From: a virus
Lineage: Duplodnaviria; Caudoviricetes
Reading direction: 5' to 3' (one strand)
Length of the DNA: 29,776 bases
Virus record (IMG/VR): IMGVR_UViG_3300035526_000041
Span: 1 to 29,776 of that record
Position 1 is the stretch's first letter, and every line of letters starts with the position of its first letter. Position numbers and translations under genes: made by a program. Below, one piece after another: positions 16,177 through 25,909 of this stretch. A model generated the notes under the pieces. The model searched no databases, was not told the origin of the DNA, and saw nothing but the letters and a program-made list of their open reading frames with translations.

Positions 16177-17841
16177 ATGTATATCCGAGATTTATTAAAC
16201 CAAGCAATCCAAAATAAAGCATTTGGGGAGAAAAACCAAGAAGAATTTTTAGAATTAATGGAGATTTTAGAAATTGAACTGCCCACATTTAAACATAAAG
16301 GTAAAACCCACTTAGATATGAAGAAATCCCTTGAACTGGTAGCTAAAAAGATTAAATCGATGGACATTATAGAACGATGTGAGGTATTAATGGGAATTGA
16401 TACGATAACCCCTATACAAAAGCACGTTTTAAAACAAATGAAAGATAATTATATGTCTTGCATCTGCATTGGAAAAGGTGGCGGTAAGGATTTCATGTCC
16501 GCACTCCTTTTAATCGATGAAATCATTGATATACTATTTAATCCACTTGCTTTTGAAAGAATTGACTTGATGAACATTGCCCCCAATGCTGATTTAGCAA
16601 ACAATGTATTTTTCAAAGAATTTAAAGTATGGTTTAAAAAAAATAGAGTATTTAATATCATTGGAATCGGGGAAAATAAAGGAAATTCAAAAGCACCAAT
16701 CCAATTAGCAAAGACTTTTTTAGATGTTGGGCCGGCTATTACAGTGCATTCTGGAAACTCAACATCTGCATCTTTCGAGGGTAAAAACTTAAAATGTGTA
16801 GTTGTCGATGAAATAAGCGATGAGAATTTTAAAAATGCTGAAAAGATGTTTTATCAGGCTAAATCTTCCGTTCAAACTCGTTTCGGCTACAATGGAAAAG
16901 TTGTAGCCATTACTTGGAATCGTTTTCCAACCCCCAACCCTTTAGATGATGTAGGCTATAAAATAATGATGGAAAATCAAGGAATAGATAATATATTCAC
17001 TTTTAAAGGGAAAACTTGGGAAGTAAACAGCCGGAGAGTTAAAGAAGATTTTAAAGATGATTATGAAAGAAACGAAATCCTTGCTAAAAAAATGTATGAA
17101 TGTGAACCGCCAGATTTAAACGCTTACTTTATTAGCCTTGATGCATTAAACGCAAGGAAAAAAGATGGAGTAAGTTTATTTAATTGGCAACCGGTTTATG
17201 ATGAAAAAGAGGGCAAACTATCTTTAAATTTTAAACAAAAAAGAGATATTAATAAAACTTTGTATATTCACACGGATTTATCAATTAACCACGATAGAAC
17301 TGCAATAGCTATTTCTTATTTTGAAAAAGGGAAAGTTATTGTTTCAGATTTGATAATATTAGAGCCAACTGTGGGATATAGAGTAGATTATACCAGTTTA
17401 GAAAAGTTTTATAAATTTTTACAGGAACGATTAAACGTTAGATTGAGTTTCGACCAGTTCAACAGTGAATATTTTATACAGAAATTTGGTGGAGAAAGAA
17501 TATCCAAAAGAGTTGATGTATGGACTGTATTCCAAGAGTTAGTCGAAGGACAAAAAGAAATAACCCTTATAGATGCCTCTAAAAAGAAAAAAGGTAAAAT
17601 CGAATTTTACCAAAATGGGGATATCTGGGAAAAGCTAAAGCTTCAGATATTACAGCACCAAGTTAATTCAAATAAAGTGGTATATTTCGGGGAAAGAAGC
17701 CCCGACCATGCAGATGCAGTGGTGTCAAGTGTTTACAATTGCAGTATAAATTCAACCTACGAAATCGATGAAGAAGATGCTTTAGAAACACAAATAAAAC
17801 CACTGCAAAATGAAAAGATTGTGTTTAAAAGCTTGTTTTAG
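16177..17841 (+). CDS. terL: Terminase large subunit (alternative start TTG 16168)
   Basis: Walker A GKGGGKD, Walker B VVVDE, RNase H-like YIHTDLS..HDRTAI, FDQFNS and PDHADAV. Confidence 0.92.
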   Translation: MYIRDLLNQAIQNKAFGEKNQEEFLELMEILEIELPTFKHKGKTHLDMKKSLELVAKKIKSMDIIERCEVLMGIDTITPIQKHVLKQMKDNYMSCICIGKGGGKDFMSALLLIDEIIDILFNPLAFERIDLMNIAPNADLANNVFFKEFKVWFKKNRVFNIIGIGENKGNSKAPIQLAKTFLDVGPAITVHSGNSTSASFEGKNLKCVVVDEISDENFKNAEKMFYQAKSSVQTRFGYNGKVVAITWNRFPTPNPLDDVGYKIMMENQGIDNIFTFKGKTWEVNSRRVKEDFKDDYERNEILAKKMYECEPPDLNAYFISLDALNARKKDGVSLFNWQPVYDEKEGKLSLNFKQKRDINKTLYIHTDLSINHDRTAIAISYFEKGKVIVSDLIILEPTVGYRVDYTSLEKFYKFLQERLNVRLSFDQFNSEYFIQKFGGERISKRVDVWTVFQELVEGQKEITLIDASKKKKGKIEFYQNGDIWEKLKLQILQHQVNSNKVVYFGERSPDHADAVVSSVYNCSINSTYEIDEEDALETQIKPLQNEKIVFKSLF

Positions 17842-17921
17842 TTAAAAGGTGATAAAGTGTTATATAATCATGCAATCAATAAGTATTATTATCAAAATTA
17901 TCATTTTACAAGGTGATTAAA

Positions 17922-19868
17922 TTGAAGCAAGAGACGATTTCATTAACAAACAATGATGTAGAATCTAGTTTAAAGAATATTAAAAGCATCATGGCTGCAA
18001 ATGGTAGTACTGCGGTTCCAAATTCAGACGTATCAATATGGCAAAATTCAAATATAGCTATTTCCGCAGATGTTGCAGTAAACATGGCTATAAGACAGCT
18101 ATTCACTGAAATATTTACGCCTTATTCGGTAGTATCTTCAATCCCTGGAATGCGTGAAGTTCCAGAAAATGTAAAACAGGAAGTATCCGACTTAATCGAC
18201 AAACATATTAAAGATTTACAGTTGGCCTTTTCAGATTTTATATTAACTGGAAAATGTTATTTATGGCAATTAAATCGAATTTCAGCAACCGCAACAAGTT
18301 TAAAAGAACGTTCACACTTCAATGAAAAGTTAGGCCGTGTTGAATATTTCTTAAGTTATGTTGAACAGAGAAATATTGCAGCAAAATGGTGGGAAAATGA
18401 CAGCTTAACCAATGTCACAATAAATATAGCTCCAGAAGAACTGCATAACCAACTGGACGAAGAATTTGTAAAATATGATGAAAAATACCTTTCAAAGTTC
18501 GTAAATCCTATACCTATTCATGATACCATTAAAAAATTAGCCGATCAAAAGAACATCCTTGCACTTCAAGTAATGCCTATGATGGCACAAAAAGCAGTTA
18601 TACCTACCGTTGCAGTTATAACCCCTGATGGTAAGAGTGCAACAACTGCAAGCAATTATTTATCAAACTGGCAAAACCTTACTAGGGTGGTTATTCCAGG
18701 GGATCCTGATAAAGTTAAATTGGAAGTATTATCTATTGGAAAAGACATTCCAACCGATCTTATAAATAGTATGCTTCATTATTACACAAGTGCCATCTTT
18801 ATGGGCCTTGGTACATCAATAAGCACTATTCAAGCCAGTGGGCAGGAATTAACAACCAGTAGAACGGTTGATAGGAATATATTAAGGATTGTTCAGGGCT
18901 ACCAAGACGAAATTGAAAGATGGATTGCAGAACAATTAACCAAAATTGATCCAAAATACGAAGGCATTTGGATAAAATTCACAAATCCGGATCCTGATTG
19001 GGAATTAAATTTACTAGAAAAAGCTAAAATTATTACTGAATTAAAAGAAGCAGAATCTATTGGGGGATATGACTTTTCAAGCCTTATCGATAGGATATTC
19101 CCATCAAATGAAAACGGGGAAATCCTCGCATCAGCTATTGATATCAGTGAAAAAGAAGTTGAAAGCCTTTTAAAATCTGCAAATGCTAAAAGAAAAGGAT
19201 TGGACTATATTTCAGATGAAACCAAAAGGGCTGAACTTGAAAAAAAAGCAAAATCATTATCCAAACTATTTGATAATATTGATATTAAAGGGGATCGTTT
19301 TGGTAGGGACTCTTTCAATGCGTTTAAAAAATGGTTGGAAGATAACTTTAACCCCCGAACTGGAATTTCTGACGAATTGTTAAATACTTTCACTCAGACC
19401 GAAGTAGATGCATTCTTTAGCGACTTTGTAGCACCTTTCCTAAATGCAGAAGGGATCTATTCGAATGTATCTTATGATGAAATCGACCGTTTAAAAACAG
19501 TTTGGGTTGATACTTTCAAAAATAACTATTCAAGCTATACAACACAGCTAAACGATGTATTAAACGATGGAATAAGAAAAGGATTGGATGAAGTAGCAAT
19601 AACAAACAATCTTAAGGAAGTTACTAAGGGTTTAACTGCTGACAGGTTACAGTTAAGAGCAAGACAAGAGTTATCCAAAACTTACAATTTAGCCAGAGCT
19701 AAATCGATGTGGTATGAACCTGTTGTTTATGTAACTGCTGAAGACGACCAGGTAAGGCCAGCACATAGAAAACTAAACGGATTAGTATTCATACCCTCAG
19801 AACATCCTGAATTAGTCCCTCCTTTGGGATATAATTGTAGGTGTTCAATAACTCCTTATAGGGGTTAA
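17922..19868 (+). CDS. Portal protein fused to MuF/SPP1 gp7-like head morphogenesis domain
   Basis: Follows TerL; portal-like N-terminal ~400 aa; C-terminal ARQELSKTYN...D..VRPAH..LNG...PPLGYNCRC is MuF-type; AGGTGAT SD favours TTG 17922 over GTG 17913. Confidence 0.85.
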   Translation: MKQETISLTNNDVESSLKNIKSIMAANGSTAVPNSDVSIWQNSNIAISADVAVNMAIRQLFTEIFTPYSVVSSIPGMREVPENVKQEVSDLIDKHIKDLQLAFSDFILTGKCYLWQLNRISATATSLKERSHFNEKLGRVEYFLSYVEQRNIAAKWWENDSLTNVTINIAPEELHNQLDEEFVKYDEKYLSKFVNPIPIHDTIKKLADQKNILALQVMPMMAQKAVIPTVAVITPDGKSATTASNYLSNWQNLTRVVIPGDPDKVKLEVLSIGKDIPTDLINSMLHYYTSAIFMGLGTSISTIQASGQELTTSRTVDRNILRIVQGYQDEIERWIAEQLTKIDPKYEGIWIKFTNPDPDWELNLLEKAKIITELKEAESIGGYDFSSLIDRIFPSNENGEILASAIDISEKEVESLLKSANAKRKGLDYISDETKRAELEKKAKSLSKLFDNIDIKGDRFGRDSFNAFKKWLEDNFNPRTGISDELLNTFTQTEVDAFFSDFVAPFLNAEGIYSNVSYDEIDRLKTVWVDTFKNNYSSYTTQLNDVLNDGIRKGLDEVAITNNLKEVTKGLTADRLQLRARQELSKTYNLARAKSMWYEPVVYVTAEDDQVRPAHRKLNGLVFIPSEHPELVPPLGYNCRCSITPYRG

Positions 19869-19898
19869 TTTTTAATAAATTTTTTAAAGGTGATATTT

Positions 19899-20345
19899 AT
19901 GGGAGAAAAGGGCAAAATTCCAGAAGAAGCTTGCGAGGATATCCTAATAAGACGTGCTCAGGGGGATACTTGGGCAACTATTGCAAAATTTCTAAAGAAA
20001 GATTATCAAGTTGAAGTTACAGTCCAGGCTATATCAGCATGGTATAAAAAAAGAAAGAATGAAAATAAAGCTATTTCTATAAGAGAAGAATATTCAAAAG
20101 ATAAAGGTGAAGATGAAGTTAAAAAAGAAATGCTTGAAACTGTTGAAAACATGAATAAAATAATTAAGGTGGGGATGGATATGTTAAATACAATTGAAGA
20201 AACTCCTAAAGAAAAAAAGATAATGTGGCACAATGCTTTCAAAAATATTGTTGGGGGGATAATTTCCGCATCAAAAACGAAAATAGAAATGCTTACTCCT
20301 ATTGATGGAGAAAACGACAAAGACATGCCTAAATTTAGTTTTTAA
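19899..20345 (+). CDS. Probable terminase small subunit
   Basis: N-terminal HTH (TWATIAKFLKKDYQVEVTVQAISAWY) plus helical hairpin; within packaging operon; AGGTGAT SD. Confidence 0.55.
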   Translation: MGEKGKIPEEACEDILIRRAQGDTWATIAKFLKKDYQVEVTVQAISAWYKKRKNENKAISIREEYSKDKGEDEVKKEMLETVENMNKIIKVGMDMLNTIEETPKEKKIMWHNAFKNIVGGIISASKTKIEMLTPIDGENDKDMPKFSF

Positions 20346-20410
20346 GGCATTAAAATATTTTGTTTTAAATCTCAAACATTTTTTACTATTTTGTTTGATA
20401 TCTGTTTTAA

Positions 20411-20635
20411 TTATGTTTCAATAATTCCACAACCTTTACTTTCAAGTAACGTTCTACCATTTTTAGACAAAGTGTAATGCTCGTAGATTTCACGATCAAA
20501 TAAACATTCACTGTGCATCTTGAATAGTTCAGTGTTGCAGGTTCTTTGAGAGTAGCCTGTCAGGTGGGAAGCGTAAGCTGGAGTAAGCATTTTATATGTT
20601 TGAAATTGTTCCAGTATTGCCTCCCTAACTGTCAT
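20411..20635 (-). CDS. Winged-helix DNA-binding protein
   Basis: REAILE...LTPAYASHLTGYSQRTCNTELFKM...YTLSKNGR; transcribed away from the putative origin. Confidence 0.7.
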   Translation of the reverse strand: MTVREAILEQFQTYKMLTPAYASHLTGYSQRTCNTELFKMHSECLFDREIYEHYTLSKNGRTLLESKGCGIIET

Positions 20636-20851
20636 TGTTATCCCTTGATTTTTCTATAATACTGTTTTGTTTTTAGTGGTTTTTATATATTATCAAGTTT
20701 TTTAGTTCATAAAATAAGAACAAATTAAAAACATTATTTAAAGTATATAAATAAAAATATAAAATATATATTATTATATCATAACACCTTTTTTTTACTA
20801 CTCACTTTATATCTATACATATCTTTCTTTATTTCTTAATCTATACACTAT

Positions 20852-21000
20852 ACTGCGAGTAAATCTAAAATACTCGCTATATTGTAATTAAGCATATAAC
20901 TGCGAGTAAATCTAAAATACTCGCTATATCTACGAGTAAATCTAAAATACTCGCTATATATATCTTGAATACAATACTACGAGTATTCTATAAATACCCT
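20852..21000. repeat. Iteron-like palindromic direct repeats; putative replication origin
   Basis: CGAGTAAATCTAAAATACTCGCTATAT exact x3 (starts 20856, 20903, 20933) plus a degenerate copy at 20980; beside a very AT-rich tract and upstream of MCM. Confidence 0.85.
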
Positions 21001-21114
21001 AAAAATAGCCGTTTTTTTAACAAATACTCTACGATATGAACTCTAAAAATAGTGAGTATATTATTTCTATATAGGCTTATAAAATTTCAGATTTTTCAAA
21101 TATCAATTGGATTA

Positions 21115-21135
21115 AATGGAAAGCTATATATATGT
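21115..21135 (+). promoter_or_regulatory. BRE/TATA promoter of replication operon
   Basis: GGAAAGC-TATATATA (TATA 21125-21132) upstream of first gene. Confidence 0.55.
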
Positions 21136-21190
21136 ATCCGGTTAAATGGATAATTACGGAAAAACATATATCAATACAACAGGTGAGTTA

Positions 21191-21349
21191 ATGACACTTT
21201 TAGACGATTCAATAATATTAAAACAAAAAGCACAAGAAGTACTTGAAAAAACCCCTTCAATTGAAAATAGATACCCTGCTGCATTCAAACTTATTAATGA
21301 ATTAATTCCTTTCCTTGAAGAAGTTAAAAACAATGAATTAAAAAAATAA
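21191..21349 (+). CDS. Small helical protein upstream of MCM (52 aa; track start 21146)
   Basis: AGGTGAG SD before ATG 21191. Confidence 0.7.
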   Translation: MTLLDDSIILKQKAQEVLEKTPSIENRYPAAFKLINELIPFLEEVKNNELKK

Positions 21350-21375
21350 TCAAAATCAAGTGAAAGGGGATCATA

Positions 21376-23736
21376 ATGGCAAAAACAAGTAAAGTACAAA
21401 CTGGTATGAAGTTGGTACTAACGGAATTGGAAAAATCCCCAGATAATAGTATGTCAAAAGACAGTATAAAAGAATTTCTGTATGATAGGAATTTTACAAG
21501 GCACGACCTTAAAAATATCCTGCTAAGACTTACTGAATTAAACCAAATAACTGTCGATGAAGATACTAAAATTATCTGCAAAATTGGAGATTATGAAACG
21601 CCACAATATTCAAACCGATTCAGTAATGATATTCGATTATGTATTAAGGATTACTTCCTGTCACAATTTCAAGATGAGATAATAGATGAAAAATTGGACG
21701 TCAGCATATCTTTAGATGACTTAATGAATTTTGGAACAAAAGAAGTAATTAAACGATACTATCCGACTGAAACCGAGCCATCAAAAATAAAGATACAACT
21801 TGATGAGATAGTCCACCATGGCTGCATTCAATTAATGGAATTAATCGAAGAATCCCCAGAAGATGCTTTCGAAATAGTGCAGGAAGCATACCTTGAAGCA
21901 TACTATTCAATCAAAACTGAAAAACCAAAAACAATAAACTTTGAATTCACGCATTTACCCGACCACATTAATAAAAATAACTTTGGAAAACCGCTAAAAC
22001 TGGAAGACATAAAATCAGATAAAATCGGTAAAGTTGTTGAGTTTGAAGCCGAAATAGTTGCAGCAACAGACGTAAAATCAGCAATGAAAACAGGATATTA
22101 CATTTGCGACCAATGCGGGGAAATATTACAGAAAGATATTAAAAATCCCTTTGAAATGCAATTAGACCCCATATGTAAAAAATGTGCTGCAACAATGCGA
22201 CTTGAAAAAGATAAATCGGAATATGTTGATTTTCAAGAGTTGGAAGTTCAACAGCCATTAGCAACAATGACCGACCCAGAAGGGCAGGCCAAAACCAAAA
22301 GAGTTTTAGTCGAAAATTCAAAAGGTTACAGCTCCGGATCAATAAAAATAACTGGGATCCCTATTAAAATGCCTAAAAATAAGAAAATAATGATTGAAGA
22401 CATATATATCAAAGCAATTGGAATTGAAGAAATAAAAAATGCTGCAAGAATTGAAATGAATGAAGACGATGAAAACGATATTAAAAAAGTTGTAAATCAA
22501 TTAAAATCAGAAAATAAAGATGTTGCACAGTTCTTCGCTAATCAGCTTTTCAGCCGTATTATGGGCCATGATGATATTAAAAAAGCCTTACTGTTACAGC
22601 AAATTAAAGGAGTTAATAAAAAACTCGGTGAGGACTCACTAAGGGCAAACAGCCACATCTTAATCGTTTCCGATCCTGGAGTTGCAAAATCAACAATGCT
22701 TAACACCATTTCAAAAATACCAGGAAACACCTTAACAAGCATGACCGGAGCGAGTGCAGTTGGTTTAATTGCTTCCGTTCAAAAATCACAGTCATTACTT
22801 GGTGACGAATCTTGGAGGGCTTCACTCGGGCCAATCCCTAAAGCTGATGGTGGATCATGCTGTATCGATGAGTTTGCAGTTAATCCAGAAGCACAGAAAG
22901 TACTATTAACCCCTATGGAGAACGAATACGGCCCAGTAGATAAAGCCAGTATTCACATAAAACTGCCAACAAGAACCGCAATACTTGCAGCATGCAATCC
23001 TAAGTTTGGACGGTTCGACCCAGATTTAAGCATTGTGGAACAAATCAACATGAAACCGCAGATGTTAAGCCGTTTCGATATGATTTTTGTAATTCGTGAC
23101 CTTCCGGACAAAGAAAAAGATGCTAAAATAATGAGGCACATCTTAGAAATGCACGCTAATGCTTACAATCAAACCGTTAATGATAATAAATCAGTTGTTG
23201 AAGTTGCAGGCGTTGAAATAACGCAGGAATTCATACACAAGTATATTTATTATGCACGTTCACAGGCTCCAAGAATTCCGCACCCAAACGAAGATGCAGA
23301 AACAACCACTAAAATACTTAGCATCTATCAAACAATGCGTTTCTTAGGTTCACACATTAACCCAAGAAGTGGAGAAGCTTTCATCAGAGTTGCTGAACAA
23401 ATCGCTAAATCAAAGCTTAAATCCGGAACGATTGAAGTCGATGATGTAGTTGAAGCAATAGGCATGATACAAGAATCTTACAAATCGATAGCATATAACG
23501 CTGAAACAGGCTCATTTGATATGGATAAAGTTTCAGGCATTTCAAAAGAAGATACTAATCTACAGAAAGATATTTTCAAAGTAATTAAAAAAAATGGATT
23601 AATTTCTGAAATCGAAATTATCGAAAATTTCACAGAAAAAGGATATCCTGAAGAAAAAATCAAAGCAAAACTTAAAAAATTAATATCAAATGGTGATATC
23701 GATGAACCAAAAACCGGAAAATTCAGAGTTATATAA
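21376..23736 (+). CDS. mcm: MCM replicative helicase, Methanococcales type, with N-terminal extension
   Basis: Zn finger CDQC/CKKC, YVDFQEL.VQQPL, Walker A DPGVAKS, Walker B CCIDEF, AACNP, Arg finger LSRFD, C-terminal wHTH. Confidence 0.96.
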   Translation: MAKTSKVQTGMKLVLTELEKSPDNSMSKDSIKEFLYDRNFTRHDLKNILLRLTELNQITVDEDTKIICKIGDYETPQYSNRFSNDIRLCIKDYFLSQFQDEIIDEKLDVSISLDDLMNFGTKEVIKRYYPTETEPSKIKIQLDEIVHHGCIQLMELIEESPEDAFEIVQEAYLEAYYSIKTEKPKTINFEFTHLPDHINKNNFGKPLKLEDIKSDKIGKVVEFEAEIVAATDVKSAMKTGYYICDQCGEILQKDIKNPFEMQLDPICKKCAATMRLEKDKSEYVDFQELEVQQPLATMTDPEGQAKTKRVLVENSKGYSSGSIKITGIPIKMPKNKKIMIEDIYIKAIGIEEIKNAARIEMNEDDENDIKKVVNQLKSENKDVAQFFANQLFSRIMGHDDIKKALLLQQIKGVNKKLGEDSLRANSHILIVSDPGVAKSTMLNTISKIPGNTLTSMTGASAVGLIASVQKSQSLLGDESWRASLGPIPKADGGSCCIDEFAVNPEAQKVLLTPMENEYGPVDKASIHIKLPTRTAILAACNPKFGRFDPDLSIVEQINMKPQMLSRFDMIFVIRDLPDKEKDAKIMRHILEMHANAYNQTVNDNKSVVEVAGVEITQEFIHKYIYYARSQAPRIPHPNEDAETTTKILSIYQTMRFLGSHINPRSGEAFIRVAEQIAKSKLKSGTIEVDDVVEAIGMIQESYKSIAYNAETGSFDMDKVSGISKEDTNLQKDIFKVIKKNGLISEIEIIENFTEKGYPEEKIKAKLKKLISNGDIDEPKTGKFRVI

Positions 23737-24103
23737 ATACGTAAATGCTTTATTTGAAATAAAAAGCGATTATGTAAAAGAACATACTAGTTTGCCATTC
23801 GAAACATTAAATGAAGTTGGAATTTACCTTTTTGAACTTAAAAAAGATCAAGAAAAAGCAAAACAAGCAATTTATCCAAAATATGATTTAATGAAAGTAC
23901 TTTATGCTGCGAATTGTTTGCCGTGTTCTTCAAGTTCAATTGATAAAGAAACTTTGTTAATTTCAGTACATAAATATCTTTTTGAATATTTGGTGATTTT
24001 CAGCAGCAAATTACAAAGATATGAATATGCTGCAAAAGATGAACATCTCGAAAATTACAATATAATTTTATCTGAAAATCCAGTTAAGGTGATCAAAAAA
24101 TGA
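23702..24103 (+). CDS. Hypothetical protein
   Basis: GGTGAT SD inside MCM 3' end; stop overlaps next start (ATGA). Confidence 0.75.
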   Translation: MNQKPENSELYKYVNALFEIKSDYVKEHTSLPFETLNEVGIYLFELKKDQEKAKQAIYPKYDLMKVLYAANCLPCSSSSIDKETLLISVHKYLFEYLVIFSSKLQRYEYAAKDEHLENYNIILSENPVKVIKK

Positions 24104-24690
24104 GCGAAAAATACATAATCCTAGACACTGAAACCACAGGATTTGAACCCGGAAAAATCGCACAATTAGCATACATTCAGATGAACGAGAAACTGAAAAT
24201 CGAAAAGGCTAAAAATTTCTACTTCAAACTCGAAGAAATGCCAACGAGTGCGAGTAACATCCATCACTTAACCGTTGAAGCACTTGAAGAACTTTCAAAC
24301 GGAAAAACTTTCGAAGATAATTTCAAAGAAATCAAAAGAGATCTATCTGAACGGATTTTAGTTTCGCACAACATTGCTTTTGATTTAAGTTTTTTAAAGG
24401 CCGAATATTCAAAATTAAACAGAACATTCGCTCCAAAAACATTCTGCACGATGGAAGCAATGACTCCAAAATGCAACCTTTCACGAGTCGACCCATTAAC
24501 GCAAGAAGTAACTCCAAAATGGCCCAGATTGACAGAAGCACTCGACTACTGGAAAATCCCAAAAGAGAAAGTTCTTGAATTTTCAACGCATATTTTCAAA
24601 GAATCGAAAGCACTGCACGATGCAAGGTGGGATACTACAGCCTGCATGTTGATATTCAGACGTTTAAAAATGATGGAGAAAAAACAATGA
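24100..24690 (+). CDS. DEDDh 3'-5' exonuclease (DnaQ/PolIII epsilon-like)
   Basis: ExoI LDTETTG, ExoII HNIAFD, ExoIII HDARWD. Confidence 0.93.
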   Translation: MSEKYIILDTETTGFEPGKIAQLAYIQMNEKLKIEKAKNFYFKLEEMPTSASNIHHLTVEALEELSNGKTFEDNFKEIKRDLSERILVSHNIAFDLSFLKAEYSKLNRTFAPKTFCTMEAMTPKCNLSRVDPLTQEVTPKWPRLTEALDYWKIPKEKVLEFSTHIFKESKALHDARWDTTACMLIFRRLKMMEKKQ

Positions 24691-25010
24691 TAACAACCTC
24701 AGCAAAAGCAGAACATGCAACATTAACAATCAAAGTCGTTACAGATGGCTTAATCGATGATAAAATACGTGAAAAAATAACAAATGAAGTAATGTATTTC
24801 ATCAAACTGCACTTATGTGACGATGATATGATTAATAGCTGGACTACTGAATTAATTAGACAAAATATCACAAGATTTCATTTCTGCATAGGGTTTCAAA
24901 AAATACCCTCAGAAAAAACAATTGAAAAATACCGCCTAATGGCAAAGAACGCAGTCGAAGCAAAATATAACGAAATGAAAACACCTTTTGATCGGTGGGT
25001 GAAAGCATGA
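24687..25010 (+). CDS. Hypothetical protein (107 aa)
   Basis: ATGA overlaps at both ends; GGAG SD. Confidence 0.75.
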   Translation: MITTSAKAEHATLTIKVVTDGLIDDKIREKITNEVMYFIKLHLCDDDMINSWTTELIRQNITRFHFCIGFQKIPSEKTIEKYRLMAKNAVEAKYNEMKTPFDRWVKA

Positions 25011-25246
25011 AAATTAAAGGATTAAATCGCAGAAATCATACAATATTCAAAAATATGTACAACCAAAGAACAAGAATGATGATGAGTTTGAGAATGGATT
25101 CATTAAAAGAAGCCGTGTTAAAACTTGCTCAGTCAAAGATTGAAAGTAAAAGACACGAATATCCCAGACAAAATGCAAAAACAATATGCGAAGAATACTT
25201 TAAACGGAAATCTAAAAGAAAAAATACCCAAAATGTATTTTTGTGA
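25007..25246 (+). CDS. Basic hypothetical protein
   Basis: GGGTGA SD; ATGA overlap. Confidence 0.7.
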   Translation: MKIKGLNRRNHTIFKNMYNQRTRMMMSLRMDSLKEAVLKLAQSKIESKRHEYPRQNAKTICEEYFKRKSKRKNTQNVFL

Positions 25247-25255
25247 GTTGAAACA

Positions 25256-25426
25256 ATGAACCTCGCCTTCCTAAACTCAAACAGCAAATGCTCATTCTGG
25301 AACTGGGACACTGAACAATGCGAACTAAACTTCAAAATCCCATGTTCCAAATGCGAATATCACACCGAATATGGCACAAAATCGGCAGAAGAAATCGAAG
25401 AAATCAAAAGGAAATTTTTAAAATAA
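25256..25426 (+). CDS. Cys-rich microprotein (56 aa), not in ORF track
   Basis: MNLAFLNSNSKCSFWNWDTEQCELNFKIPCSKCEYH...; four Cys; fills operon gap. Confidence 0.7.
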   Translation: MNLAFLNSNSKCSFWNWDTEQCELNFKIPCSKCEYHTEYGTKSAEEIEEIKRKFLK

Positions 25427-25486
25427 TTTTTTCATACCAATACTTTTTTATACTATGCTTTAGAAAACTAACAATCGGTGATTATA

Positions 25487-25696
25487 ATGAAAAAAGGAAA
25501 ACCTCAAGAAAAAGACGTACTCAAACAAATTCCAAGAACCCACAGCATTACAAGAAGAGCAATAATTATATCCTTAATGGATGATTTTGACTATTTTTCC
25601 ACAAGCTTAATCGATGTTCACTTAAGATCACTCGAACAGCAGGGAAAAATCAAAAGAGTTGGAACTGGTGAGTACCAACAACATCATGATTTATAG
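25487..25696 (+). CDS. Winged-helix protein
   Basis: IDVHLRSLEQQGKIKRVGTGEY wing motif; GGTGAT SD. Confidence 0.75.
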   Translation: MKKGKPQEKDVLKQIPRTHSITRRAIIISLMDDFDYFSTSLIDVHLRSLEQQGKIKRVGTGEYQQHHDL

Positions 25697-25783
25697 ATTC
25701 CCCAACTGTAACCGTTAATTATTTATACTATGAAAAAGAAAGAAAAAAGTGTAAAAGATTAAAACAAAACGAGGGGAAATAAA

Positions 25784-25909
25784 ATGGAACACTACTGCTT
25801 AGACTGCGGACACATTGAAACAAACGACTGCGGACAAGAATTCACCTGTCCAATCTGCGAAAGTGCAAATGTACAACATGTCTCAACTGAAAAGGGTGAA
25901 AACGAATGA
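25784..25909 (+). CDS. Zinc-ribbon microprotein (41 aa), not in ORF track
   Basis: MEHYCLDCGH...FTCPICESANV; GAGGGG SD. Confidence 0.8.
   Translation: MEHYCLDCGHIETNDCGQEFTCPICESANVQHVSTEKGENE

Noticed and set aside
20852-21000. Mini-CRISPR array
   Set aside because: Gaps between the 27-bp repeats are only 20 and 3 bp and irregular; no cas genes; context fits an origin or operator array
25318-25584. 88-aa track ORF
   Set aside because: Overlaps two better-supported genes (25256-25426 and 25487-25696) in other frames
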